A stretch of DNA of 64,000 bases from the sequence record MN508356.1; one strand, 5' to 3'. The notes under the pieces were generated by a model that had not been told where the DNA came from, did no database searches, and was given only the letters and a program-made list of their open reading frames with translations. Position 1 is the first letter of the stretch; the number at the start of each line of letters is the position of its first letter. Below are positions 49,231-57,671 of the stretch, piece by piece. The stretch is from Acinetobacter phage VB_ApiP_XC38. The translations under genes and the position numbers were made by a program.

Positions 49231-49795
49231 TCTATCTCAGTGGGAGCGTGAACGCTTTAACTACGGTGAAGCAGCCAATGACAAGAAAGGTGATCCTATA
49301 CGTGTACATGCTATCAAAGCAGAACATACAGATAACCTATTGTTTACTTGGCTTAGTGGTGGCAGGTCTGAAGTGAAGCTACCTGATGCTTTACCTATTG
49401 AACGTGGAGGTACAGGTGCTACTTCAGTAACTTCTGCAATTCGTAATTTAGGTTATTTTGAAGATTGTAATTATTGTCTTAGACGAGGTATCAAAGTTCT
49501 GACAACCAATGGTACAGGTATTGTTGATCGCTTTAAGAATCTTCCCAATGCATCTATTAGTCATGTAGATACTGGTACTTACGATATTACAGGTATTACA
49601 CACAGTACTGATATGTGGTCGCATGTGGTTCCTTTAAATACGTCTCACCAGCCTACACTCAATTTGGAATTTACCACTATAGAGAATGGCGTACAGATGA
49701 AGGTAAGTACTATCAACTATGCTAATGGTGCTCCTGTAATAGGAACACTAATTGACTTACCTTCCACAGTGAAGGTTGATATTGAATGTAAATAA
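49220..49795 (+). CDS. hypothetical protein with tail-fibre-like Gly-rich motif
   Basis: 191 aa. 'LPIERGGTGATSVTSAIRNLG' resembles the GGTGA...NLG element seen near fibre N-termini. Weak evidence. Confidence 0.3.
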   Translation: MATNLSQWERERFNYGEAANDKKGDPIRVHAIKAEHTDNLLFTWLSGGRSEVKLPDALPIERGGTGATSVTSAIRNLGYFEDCNYCLRRGIKVLTTNGTGIVDRFKNLPNASISHVDTGTYDITGITHSTDMWSHVVPLNTSHQPTLNLEFTTIENGVQMKVSTINYANGAPVIGTLIDLPSTVKVDIECK

Positions 49796-49826
49796 AAATA
49801 GCCCTCGTAAGAGGGCTTATTTTTTA
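49794..49826. terminator. rho-independent terminator (bidirectional, between convergent genes)
   Basis: AAATAAAAAT, hairpin 'agccctc-gtaa-gagggct', then TATTTTTT. Confidence 0.7.
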
Positions 49827-50492
49827 GTAGCTATCTACCAAGATTTGTGACCAAGTTTCAAACTCTAAACCAGAGGTTTTAAGTTCTTCTTTAGTCATCC
49901 ACTTAAAGTTACAGAACTCTGATGGGTCAAGCTTCAAGCTTTCTAAGGCCCAACTATCAAGTTGTAATTCCATTGGAATACCAACGTGCACAGATGACGT
50001 AGGGTCATTCATAGAACATAATACATGTTCTACTTGTTCACTGAAGTCTTCACTACCGCCTGCGAACGCTTCAAGGTTACTAAGCTCTACGTTTAGTTCT
50101 TCAAGGATTTCACGCTCTGCACCTTGATAGATAATCTCCTGAAGCGATGGGTAGTTATCTAAATTCGTAGATGCTAACTCGCACAGGTCTTCACTGCTTA
50201 CATGACCACCTACACCAATAGACCATTTACCGAATAGACCTTTCTCTTTGCCTTTACGTTGATAGGCTAAGATTTTACCTTCAGGATTAACAACCTGGAA
50301 GTAACCAAGGATTTGAGGTAATAGAGCGCCTAATTGAATAGCTGCAGGAGACTTACAGTCTGCATGAGCACGAGGTAGGTATGCATAGTCTTGTGGGTCA
50401 ATAGCATCAAAGTTGATTGGGTATAAACCATGAGTACCAACATGTTGTTTAGCTAGTTGTACACGGTTAATTGCTAATACTAATTCAGACAT
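49824..50492 (-). CDS. Nudix (MutT-like) hydrolase
   Basis: 'FGKWSIGVGGHVSSED' resembles MutT 'GKWEFPGGKIEMGE'. 'AEREILEELNVEL' resembles the Nudix box 'REUxEExGU'. Has an insertion between the two elements. Confidence 0.45.
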   Translation of the reverse strand: MSELVLAINRVQLAKQHVGTHGLYPINFDAIDPQDYAYLPRAHADCKSPAAIQLGALLPQILGYFQVVNPEGKILAYQRKGKEKGLFGKWSIGVGGHVSSEDLCELASTNLDNYPSLQEIIYQGAEREILEELNVELSNLEAFAGGSEDFSEQVEHVLCSMNDPTSSVHVGIPMELQLDSWALESLKLDPSEFCNFKWMTKEELKTSGLEFETWSQILVDSY

Positions 50493-50832
50493 TACTATTT
50501 CCTTTGTTTAGTTTGTGGTATTCGTTCAGTGTGTCGAAGCACAGGCTATCAAAAGATTCTTTGGCCTTACCTAGCGTAAAGTAGTAGCGGGTATTAGTTA
50601 CCTTACCTTCATCACCGGATACCTGTACTGTTAAGTAGTTTGGTTTGATTTCCATCTTACACGTGTTGTTACCAAGTGCTTCTAAAAACTCTTGAGAGTA
50701 TTCCATAGTACCTGAGTGCCACTTGTTGAACTTAACACCAACGTAGTAATCAACTGCTACAGTAGCTGCGATAACCAGTAGAACTATTGATGCTATAAAC
50801 AGCACAATAATTAAGATATTTTCCATTGTCAT
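50485..50832 (-). CDS. membrane protein (single N-terminal TM)
   Basis: 115 aa. 'ILIIVLFIASIVLLVIAATVAV'. Confidence 0.4.
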   Translation of the reverse strand: MTMENILIIVLFIASIVLLVIAATVAVDYYVGVKFNKWHSGTMEYSQEFLEALGNNTCKMEIKPNYLTVQVSGDEGKVTNTRYYFTLGKAKESFDSLCFDTLNEYHKLNKGNSNV

Positions 50833-50890
50833 TCCTTTAGCACGAACAGCAGCAAGCAGCTTTAGCTGCGATAGCTGCGGTGTGAGTGCG

Positions 50891-51247
50891 TTAAATTGAT
50901 CGTAATCCGTGTTCTTTACGGATCTTGTTTAAGTAGCCCTTAATTGTCATAACAGCAGCTGTAGTAAGCGCAATGTTATTTAAATAGTAGGCTGTGGTGA
51001 ATGTTGATACTGTAGAGATCAACTTGACGTAAGCATGTACTGAAACAGGTTCAATAAACACTTCTTGAGGGTCAGCATAAGACTTCCATTTATCTTTATT
51101 GGGAATGTCTTTAACCATTTCGTTAACCATGTTCATGATTACTTTGGTTTGTTCATTAACCGTCTTCTTATCAGATTCAACTGTTAAACCTAATAAGCTT
51201 ACTTGATTAATAAGTTCTGAGAACTTAATTTGAATTGCTTTCTCCAT
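50891..51247 (-). CDS. hypothetical protein (probable start at internal ATG MEKAIQ...)
   Basis: Track ORF 50891..51283 starts on TTG. The ATG 12 codons in is more plausible. Confidence 0.4.
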   Translation of the reverse strand: MEKAIQIKFSELINQVSLLGLTVESDKKTVNEQTKVIMNMVNEMVKDIPNKDKWKSYADPQEVFIEPVSVHAYVKLISTVSTFTTAYYLNNIALTTAAVMTIKGYLNKIRKEHGLRSI

Positions 51248-51386
51248 CTTTTGAATCCTTTGGTTTAGGCCAGGCGAGATCAACCAATTTTGATATGCCT
51301 GTTAGTAATGCAAATGCTACAGCTAAAGCTAGTAGCACACCTAATGTGAAGAAGAAGCCAACTGATAAGAAGAAGGCATAGAATGC
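51225..51386 (-). CDS. unlisted small membrane protein (~53 aa)
   Basis: GGAG 7 nt upstream of the ATG at 51386. 'MPDAFYAFFLSVGFFFTLGVLLALAVAFALLTGISKLVDLAWPKPKDSKDGESNSN' has one hydrophobic helix. Below the 60-aa track cutoff. Confidence 0.35.
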   Translation of the reverse strand, partial: AFYAFFLSVGFFFTLGVLLALAVAFALLTGISKLVDLAWPKPKDSKDGESNSN

Positions 51387-51387
51387 A

Positions 51388-51999
51388 TCAGGCATTGATA
51401 AACTCCAATACGTATTTCATACGTTCAGTTATGTCAGTCATGGTTTCAGGCATAATGCGTCTCTCTACACTCAGTTCAGGTCTTAGGAACATTGAGGTAT
51501 AAATAGCATTAAGGTCATCAACCATTTCTATAGGGCCGGACTTATTGTCAGGCACAAAAGGAATACCCGGTTGAATAAGTACAAGCTTTTTAAAGTATAT
51601 GTTAGTAGTTGCTATACACTCCTTAATGTAATCAGCTTGCCATTGCTTAGAATCCTGCCAAGGATCATTAACTAAGTTAATCAAAGCATAACCAATCAGA
51701 TCTATAGGGGTACGATCAGCTATTACCAAATGATGTTTGTGTTCATCTACACGACCAAGTGAGATTATAGGATCTGCTGCATGTCGTAAGTGACGAGTCA
51801 TCTGTTTTAATAGGTGAGCTTGAATATGTCTTCTTTCATGAGGTTTGTAGCTCTGGTTTCCAGAGTGGTAACCTAGATATCGCTGTTCTCTACCAATGCT
51901 AAAGTCAAAGCACTTTGCTCCTAGTACTGTAGTCAGGTGATCGCGTAGATAGGATTTACCTACACGATGTGCACCCACTAAGCCAATAATCTCAGACAC
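51388..51999 (-). CDS. P-loop nucleotide kinase-like protein (dNMP/deoxynucleoside kinase-like)
   Basis: Walker A 'GLVGAHRVGKSYL' at the N-terminus, 'VIADRTPIDL' downstream. 203 aa. Confidence 0.4.
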   Translation of the reverse strand: MSEIIGLVGAHRVGKSYLRDHLTTVLGAKCFDFSIGREQRYLGYHSGNQSYKPHERRHIQAHLLKQMTRHLRHAADPIISLGRVDEHKHHLVIADRTPIDLIGYALINLVNDPWQDSKQWQADYIKECIATTNIYFKKLVLIQPGIPFVPDNKSGPIEMVDDLNAIYTSMFLRPELSVERRIMPETMTDITERMKYVLEFINA

Positions 52000-52315
52000 T
52001 CTTATCCTCCCTGTTTATTATTCCAAGGGCTACAGATGTAGGCTGTACTAAGTACTCATCTAACTTAATGTCAGGATACTCTTTCTGAGCACCTTCCCAT
52101 CCTACTGCTAATATACGACCTAGAAGCATAACTAATGTTGCTGTGTCTTCAGTTCTGCCTTGTACAGCAAACTGATTATTAGTGACAGACCCAACAATAA
52201 CGTTATCTGCCTCTAGGTATGTTTTAACAAGCTGTAAAACTTCTTTACGCTTGGCTATAAGTTTTCGGACAAATCCGATATTGTGGGTAATCATATAGAT
52301 CTCCAATAATGACAA
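51992..52315 (-). CDS. hypothetical protein
   Basis: 107-aa ORF. Confidence 0.4.
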   Translation of the reverse strand: MSLLEIYMITHNIGFVRKLIAKRKEVLQLVKTYLEADNVIVGSVTNNQFAVQGRTEDTATLVMLLGRILAVGWEGAQKEYPDIKLDEYLVQPTSVALGIINREDKSV

Positions 52316-52330
52316 AGCACCCGAAGGTGC

Positions 52331-52636
52331 TTATGAGGATGAAAGAGCACGATTAACACGCTCTTCCAGAAACATGACAAGCCTACTACTCATGTGTACG
52401 CAAGTTGATGCAAAGATCGCTTTAGTCATGAATGCAGGCATTAATGAAGCTAAATGTGGATACAACTCCAGTGCAATCAAAAAGGCTAGTAAACACATCA
52501 TAACTTCGCTTGACAGCCAGAGCTTAGTGATCTTACCTCGCTTACGCATAACTTTTCGTACAATAGAGACATACGCTGTAACGCATGACATTAGTATGGC
52601 TACCATGAAAGAAATGATTTCTTGATCACGGTACAT
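52331..52636 (-). CDS. small multi-TM membrane protein (holin-like candidate)
   Basis: 101 aa with ~3 hydrophobic helices and a charged C-terminus. Confidence 0.4.
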   Translation of the reverse strand: MYRDQEIISFMVAILMSCVTAYVSIVRKVMRKRGKITKLWLSSEVMMCLLAFLIALELYPHLASLMPAFMTKAIFASTCVHMSSRLVMFLEERVNRALSSS

Positions 52637-52667
52637 TAGACACTCCTAGACTAGACCAGGTTGTATT

Positions 52668-52877
52668 CTATGTTGGTTTGTCTTTTAAATCCAATTTTTG
52701 AAGCACATCTTTAACGTAGAAGGTTGCTGCTATCCAATCTCCTCCTACAAGAATCCATCCTGTACCGTCTTCAAGGATACGAATAGGTGTTTGTGGATTA
52801 TAATGTTTTCTGCTTAATATGCGACCATTGTAGGCTATGTATGCTATGTACATAGCTTCTAAGGTTGATTTAATCAT
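52668..52877 (-). CDS. hypothetical protein
   Basis: 69-aa ORF coupled to the upstream gene. Confidence 0.35.
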   Translation of the reverse strand: MIKSTLEAMYIAYIAYNGRILSRKHYNPQTPIRILEDGTGWILVGGDWIAATFYVKDVLQKLDLKDKPT

Positions 52878-53218
52878 TTTGATTTCTCCAAGACACGAGC
52901 TAGTAACACATTCTCTGCAGTAGCAAGAACACCATGTACCTTATAGAAAGCTACAGGATGTTCAACGTTCTGTACGTATATAAGTACTTTGTCCTCTCTA
53001 CTTGTCTCGAACACTTCTGTTTCATCTGTGAAGTACGTAGCAGTTCCTTGTCTCCTGTCTTCACCAGATTTGTATTCATATACATCTGGTATAGCAGTAC
53101 TCTTATAAATGATGAAACCATCAGTGTCTCTGTAGATGGGAACATTACCAAATTGGTCTGGTTTGAATAAGTCTTTAAGTTGCATAGGTATTACCTTTAA
53201 TAAATTGTGTGGTATCAT
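52874..53218 (-). CDS. hypothetical protein
   Basis: 114-aa ORF. Confidence 0.4.
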   Translation of the reverse strand: MIPHNLLKVIPMQLKDLFKPDQFGNVPIYRDTDGFIIYKSTAIPDVYEYKSGEDRRQGTATYFTDETEVFETSREDKVLIYVQNVEHPVAFYKVHGVLATAENVLLARVLEKSK

Positions 53219-53254
53219 CTAGGCTCATTTAAACCAAACCTATAGGATTGTAAT

Positions 53255-53449
53255 ATGCCACGTGATGCAGAAGGTAATATCACTACTACCCCATCGGTAG
53301 AAGTCAAAACCATCTTTGATGTAATGCATGAAGAAAAAGTTGATGTTGTTCCACTCTTTAAAGGTGGTATGGCTCGGATTGCTGAAGACAAAGCAGATGG
53401 TAAAGGTGTAACTATTTCCACAGCAGCTGCTGATGCAGCTGGTGCTTAG
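53255..53449 (+). CDS. small hypothetical protein on + strand inside the − strand block
   Basis: 64-aa charged ORF. The competing − strand ORF 53215..53421 is low-complexity and less coding-like. Weak hairpin 'aaagcacc-atta-ggtgcttt' after the stop. Confidence 0.3.
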   Translation: MPRDAEGNITTTPSVEVKTIFDVMHEEKVDVVPLFKGGMARIAEDKADGKGVTISTAAADAAGA

Positions 53450-53507
53450 TAACTAAACCAACCAAACTAAAGCACCATTAGGTGCTTTATTTAAATAAGG
53501 AATCAAC

Positions 53508-53681
53508 ATGAGTAATCGTAAACCTCGTTTCACACCAATCACTATTAATGCCACTACTCTGAATGCTTTAGCAGATGAAGTAGCTGCACTAACTGAAGAA
53601 GTAGCTAGTCTTAAAAAACAACTTGCTTCTAAAGGTGGAACACCAAAACCAAAAGAAACACCTCCAGAAGGTGAAGGTTAA
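53508..53681 (+). CDS. small hypothetical protein (57 aa, Ala/Thr/Pro/Lys-rich), unlisted
   Basis: AAGGAA RBS 7 nt before the ATG at 53508. 'MSNRKPRFTPITINATTLNALADEVAALTEEVASLKKQLASKGGTPKPKETPPEGEG'. Followed by a strong + strand terminator. Confidence 0.35.
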   Translation: MSNRKPRFTPITINATTLNALADEVAALTEEVASLKKQLASKGGTPKPKETPPEGEG

Positions 53682-53686
53682 TAAGT

Positions 53687-53712
53687 AGGACTCTTCGGAG
53701 TCCTTTTTATTT
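53687..53712 (+). terminator. rho-independent terminator (UUCG-loop hairpin plus T-run)
   Basis: 'aggactc-ttcg-gagtcct' then TTTTTAT. Confidence 0.65.
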
Positions 53713-54211
53713 AGAAAGAACCTTTAGGTTTAGACCAGGGTTGTAGTGCCTCAAGTGGCACAGTAACTCCAGAATTTCTGAGTTGGTCTGCAGCTCTTGC
53801 TGCTCTTGCTTGTTGTTCAAGCATACTACTTATGCTGTCTGAGGACTGCTCAAATATTCCAATACCTGCCTGTTCTCGCATGCTTCTTCTTTGGTTACGA
53901 ATGTTAGTTTGAGTTACCGCGTCACTTAACATGTGGTTAGCAGCTTCATCAATGATGTCTTTACGATTTAACGGTGCAACACCAGAAGGTAATAACAGGG
54001 TAGATGCTAGTTCTTCCGAGAATTTAACAGTAGCTGATAGCACCATAACATCATTAGGTACAGTAAAGTCTTCAGATACACATTCATTTCTTTCACCAGA
54101 CAATGTGAAGTCATAGACTTGATTCTCTTTTATATGTCTGATGTTTAATACAGCTCTCCCTCTGAAGTGGGTAACTGTAAATCCTGCTTTTAATGCCATA
54201 CTTAATTTCAT
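53711..54211 (-). CDS. hypothetical protein, paralog of 54222..54530 with C-terminal extension
   Basis: Shares 'MKL..A.K.GF' start and 'KFSEELASTLLLPSGVAPLNRKDI' (vs 'RFTEDIANSLSLVGVAPITADNI') with the neighbouring gene. Confidence 0.45.
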   Translation of the reverse strand: MKLSMALKAGFTVTHFRGRAVLNIRHIKENQVYDFTLSGERNECVSEDFTVPNDVMVLSATVKFSEELASTLLLPSGVAPLNRKDIIDEAANHMLSDAVTQTNIRNQRRSMREQAGIGIFEQSSDSISSMLEQQARAARAADQLRNSGVTVPLEALQPWSKPKGSF

Positions 54212-54221
54212 GGTTTACTCC

Positions 54222-54530
54222 TTATCTCTTAAATCGAGTGTTCTTGATGTTGTCTGCAGTAATAGGTGCAACACCTACTAGACTGAGTGAATTGGCAATG
54301 TCCTCAGTAAAGCGTACGTACAAGACTAATTCCATAATCTCATTATCTATCTCTGTATCGATAGGCAGGAAAAATTCTTCTCTGATAGGCTCTCTAGTAC
54401 CTTCTTTAAAGCCTGCGTGTACCCTGACCTTAATTAATTCGTCATTAGCTGTAGTGAGTCCGCTATATACCGTACAGTCTTTGTATCGGCGTAACACGAA
54501 GCCTAGTTTGAATGCATCTATTAGTTTCAC
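54222..54530 (-). CDS. hypothetical protein, paralog of 53711..54211
   Basis: 102 aa. See the paralog evidence for 53711..54211. Confidence 0.45.
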   Translation of the reverse strand: MKLIDAFKLGFVLRRYKDCTVYSGLTTANDELIKVRVHAGFKEGTREPIREEFFLPIDTEIDNEIMELVLYVRFTEDIANSLSLVGVAPITADNIKNTRFKR

Positions 54531-54538
54531 AGATCTCT

Positions 54539-54566
54539 CCTAAAAGAAAAGCAGCCTAAGCTGCTT
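54539..54566 (-). terminator. − strand terminator overlapping the DNA polymerase stop codon
   Basis: − strand reads 'aagcagc-ttag-gctgctt' then TTTCTTTTA. The polymerase TAG lies in the loop. Confidence 0.5.
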
Positions 54567-57183
54567 CCTTGAGTTTTGCGTAGTACTTTGCCATGGCTGT
54601 ATCAACCACATTACATAGTTCTACTTTGTTTGCAGTCCTCGGTAATGTAATACCGTGTGACCAGTTAGGGTGGAATAAATCCAAATCACCACCTAATTTA
54701 ACTTCGTCATGCCAGATCTCAGGAAGACCTTGCCACTCCATCTCTTTAGTGAGGTGTTTGTTTGCGAACTCTACTACCTCTAAGTCATCTTCGATAACTA
54801 GATAGATAGCATCATGAATTAGAGCTACAGGCATAATCCGATACTTGTATGGAGATGCCCAGACTTTCTTCATGAATGCCACAGCAGCACGGTTATTCAA
54901 TAGGCCGTATGATTGACCCATAGCATTACCTGCTGTTCTGGCTTCAGCTTGTGCTTCGTACGTAGTGTAGGAGTTACCTAACACTGTCTTCTTGAGAAGA
55001 GGTGTACGTAGTTTCAAACCAAAGGCTAAGATAACAAAGCCTTGTTCTACAGCTTCCTTCTGAATACGATTGGCAATGAACTTATCTGAGTGTTCATAAA
55101 GCTCGTGATATAGAGCTTCAATCTGCTTAGCAACTTCTTCGCTAAAACCGCAGTTCTTAATTAAGCCGTGGTAAGTACCACCATACGTAAGTAAGAAGGT
55201 AGGTGCTTTAGAGTCTTGACGTTCATCTGGATACTTCTTTTCAATACTGTTAATTGACTCTACAGAAGTAGGATCAATACCAGTCATCTTGTGACCAAAG
55301 TATGAGAAAGCACGTAGACAGTGACCATCGTAACCATCTGTATAAACCTTTAACTTGTTAGGGTCTTTGGTTAATAGAGCTGAGATACGGTCTTCTAATG
55401 ATGCAAAGTCTGCACCACAGAAAATCTTACCTACAGGCCCGGCAAAGCAAGTCTTAATTAACTTACCTAAAGGCCCAGATGCAGGGATCTGTTGTAGGTT
55501 AGGTTCACTACCAGATAAGCGACCTGACTTAGTACCACCAATGTTGAACGAACCATGAAGGTAAGCTCTACCATCAGCTTTAAGCCAAGCATCTTCAAAT
55601 GCAGGTATGAAGGCAGATAGAATCTTAGCGATCTTAGAATACTTGCGTAATGCATTAAGTACTTCAAGCTTCTCTTCATCACCTGTATGTTTGGTTAGAG
55701 ATTTAATAATCTTTTCACCAGTGGCTCTATCTCCTTCTTTGGTGTATTCCAGTACTGGCATTTCCATTACGTCATACAGAAGGATTGCTAGTTGCTGACC
55801 GCTGTTGTAGTTAATAGGATCATTAAACTTCTCACGTGGATGCTGCTTAGTTTTGAGCTTAGCATTAGTCTTCATCATCTCACTGAGCTGAATCCGGTTA
55901 GTTGCTTCTTTCACGTAAGCATTAGCTTCCATGATGTCAATAAGCTCTTTACATTCGCTTTCTAGCTGAGCTTTTACTTCCTGAACTCGTTCAGGTATTA
56001 AAGGCATACCATGACACTCAATCTGGATAATCAGAACTGCAGAAGGAATCATCAAATTAAGATAGATCTCTTCTTGGTTCTCCTCAACCATGATTGGGTA
56101 GTAGGTTTGATGTACGTACCACGTAGATAGACAATCCACTAAGTTATAGCGTAATAGTCTGTCAGGTGGGATACGTCTAATATCCTTGATATCGTCCTCT
56201 GCCCAGTTACCTGCAAACTTGTGAGCTAGGCTTTTTAAACCATAGCTTTCACGTGCAGTACTGTTAAGACTCAGATACGCAATGATCTTAGTATCATCAA
56301 AGCAACGAGTTAATACCTCAATTCCTTTGAGCATACCTTCGTAATCTAGTGGATGTTTCATCCATAGAGCATGAACCAAACACTTGAAGTCAAAGGTAGC
56401 GTTATGTGCAATGAGCTTACCTCGATAACCCTCAAAGAACTTACGGAGTAATTCCTTGGTTCTAGGAGCTTCTCCACGTACACCGTGGAATCCGTTCTCT
56501 GGTTGAACAGGTGTGTACTCAACAAAGAATGCACAGCCTGAATCAATAGAATCAGCAAATGCAATAGTACCTAAACCTGCATCACGTAGGTTCAATGAGA
56601 AAGTCTCAATATCTACTACTAGCTGAGGTTGGTTATGCAAGTAAGCTAACTCTTTCTTGATACCGGATAAACTGTTTGGGTAACGCTCTTCACGAATGAT
56701 GTCTGCACCTATCTCCACATACGCACCATGGTAGTGAGTAGTAACTGCTTCGATAGACAGATCAATCTTTTCTTGTTGGTTTGGGTTATGGATCAATGCA
56801 CCATAGCCTAACGAGTAGACTACGAACATATCTTCATAACCTGGAATACCACAAGGCAGAACATAACCTAAGTTGGTGTCTGCTTTAGGTGTCTTGGCTA
56901 ATACCTTGAAATAAGCAGAGTCTGCACAGAATAGGTACTTGACTCCTGCAGCTTTGAACTGCTCAAGCCATGTACCTAAATAGTCCTTAATCAAACTAGC
57001 AGGTGCTTTGTTTGACTTAAGATACTCAAGGCTGAATGCAACAATCTCTTCACGAGGAATACCTGCATCAACCATAGGGTTTACATAGTGTTGTACTAGC
57101 TTGCCTTCTCTGAAAGCAGACTCTTTAATGAGAATCCCAATCTTAGGATTAGGATCTCCATCAACAAACTTTAGTGTCTTCAC
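54556..57183 (-). CDS. DNA polymerase, family A with 3'-5' exonuclease domain (N4 gp39-like)
   Basis: Exo I 'VVDIETFSL' (DxE). Pol motif A 'GADFASLEDRISAL'. Motif B 'RQDSKAPTFLLTYGG'. Motif C 'ALIHDAIYLV'. 875 aa. Confidence 0.9.
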   Translation of the reverse strand: MKTLKFVDGDPNPKIGILIKESAFREGKLVQHYVNPMVDAGIPREEIVAFSLEYLKSNKAPASLIKDYLGTWLEQFKAAGVKYLFCADSAYFKVLAKTPKADTNLGYVLPCGIPGYEDMFVVYSLGYGALIHNPNQQEKIDLSIEAVTTHYHGAYVEIGADIIREERYPNSLSGIKKELAYLHNQPQLVVDIETFSLNLRDAGLGTIAFADSIDSGCAFFVEYTPVQPENGFHGVRGEAPRTKELLRKFFEGYRGKLIAHNATFDFKCLVHALWMKHPLDYEGMLKGIEVLTRCFDDTKIIAYLSLNSTARESYGLKSLAHKFAGNWAEDDIKDIRRIPPDRLLRYNLVDCLSTWYVHQTYYPIMVEENQEEIYLNLMIPSAVLIIQIECHGMPLIPERVQEVKAQLESECKELIDIMEANAYVKEATNRIQLSEMMKTNAKLKTKQHPREKFNDPINYNSGQQLAILLYDVMEMPVLEYTKEGDRATGEKIIKSLTKHTGDEEKLEVLNALRKYSKIAKILSAFIPAFEDAWLKADGRAYLHGSFNIGGTKSGRLSGSEPNLQQIPASGPLGKLIKTCFAGPVGKIFCGADFASLEDRISALLTKDPNKLKVYTDGYDGHCLRAFSYFGHKMTGIDPTSVESINSIEKKYPDERQDSKAPTFLLTYGGTYHGLIKNCGFSEEVAKQIEALYHELYEHSDKFIANRIQKEAVEQGFVILAFGLKLRTPLLKKTVLGNSYTTYEAQAEARTAGNAMGQSYGLLNNRAAVAFMKKVWASPYKYRIMPVALIHDAIYLVIEDDLEVVEFANKHLTKEMEWQGLPEIWHDEVKLGGDLDLFHPNWSHGITLPRTANKVELCNVVDTAMAKYYAKLKEAA

Positions 57184-57194
57184 ATAGTGGCTCC

Positions 57195-57671
57195 TTAGTT
57201 ACCATGGTTTACGTGATAACCTAAATCATTCTCTGCCTTTTTACGGGCAGCTACTGCTTCTTCTATAGTTTTAAAACTACCAAGTGACTTAGCCTTACCT
57301 TTGTGACCAATAATCGCCCTAAACTTACCTCTTTCTGCATATACTCCTGTATAACCAGTAGTGTTGGCTTTAGAGGTAGTTTTATTTCTAGCATTTTCAG
57401 TACGAGTAACTTCTCTTAAGTTACTCCACTTATTATTGCTTCTGTCGTGATCTATGTGATCTACAAATTCAGGCAAGTAACCTTTTTGGTGTAACCATAT
57501 AAGTCTGTGAACACCTATCTGTTTACCGCATATATAAACCCTGTAATAACCCTTATCAGAAATAGAACCTACTGTTTTTCCTACCATATTGCTCATACGA
57601 TGGGTTTTCCAGGTAGCAACTCCTGTATTTGGGTCATAGTTAATACGGCTTCTGATGTAATCAGCATCCAT
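57195..57671 (-). CDS. HNH-AP2 homing endonuclease (paralog 3 of 3), immediately upstream of the DNA polymerase gene
   Basis: 'HRLIWLHQKGYLPEFVDHIDHDRSNNKWSNLREVTRTENARN' plus 'GYTGVYAERGKFRAIIGHKGKAKSLGSFKTIEEAVAARK'. Confidence 0.75.
   Translation of the reverse strand: MDADYIRSRINYDPNTGVATWKTHRMSNMVGKTVGSISDKGYYRVYICGKQIGVHRLIWLHQKGYLPEFVDHIDHDRSNNKWSNLREVTRTENARNKTTSKANTTGYTGVYAERGKFRAIIGHKGKAKSLGSFKTIEEAVAARKKAENDLGYHVNHGN

Noticed and set aside
53230-53254. 'TAATAT' −10 element directly abutting the ATG at 53255 as a promoter for the + strand micro-island.
   Set aside because: The −10 ends 2 nt before the ATG, so the transcription start would fall inside the ORF. Promoter is more likely further upstream, or the gene starts later.
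53215-53421. − strand 68-aa ORF overlapping the + strand small gene.
   Set aside because: Translation is Ser/Thr/Pro low-complexity. The + strand alternative has a coding-like charged composition and is followed by a hairpin.
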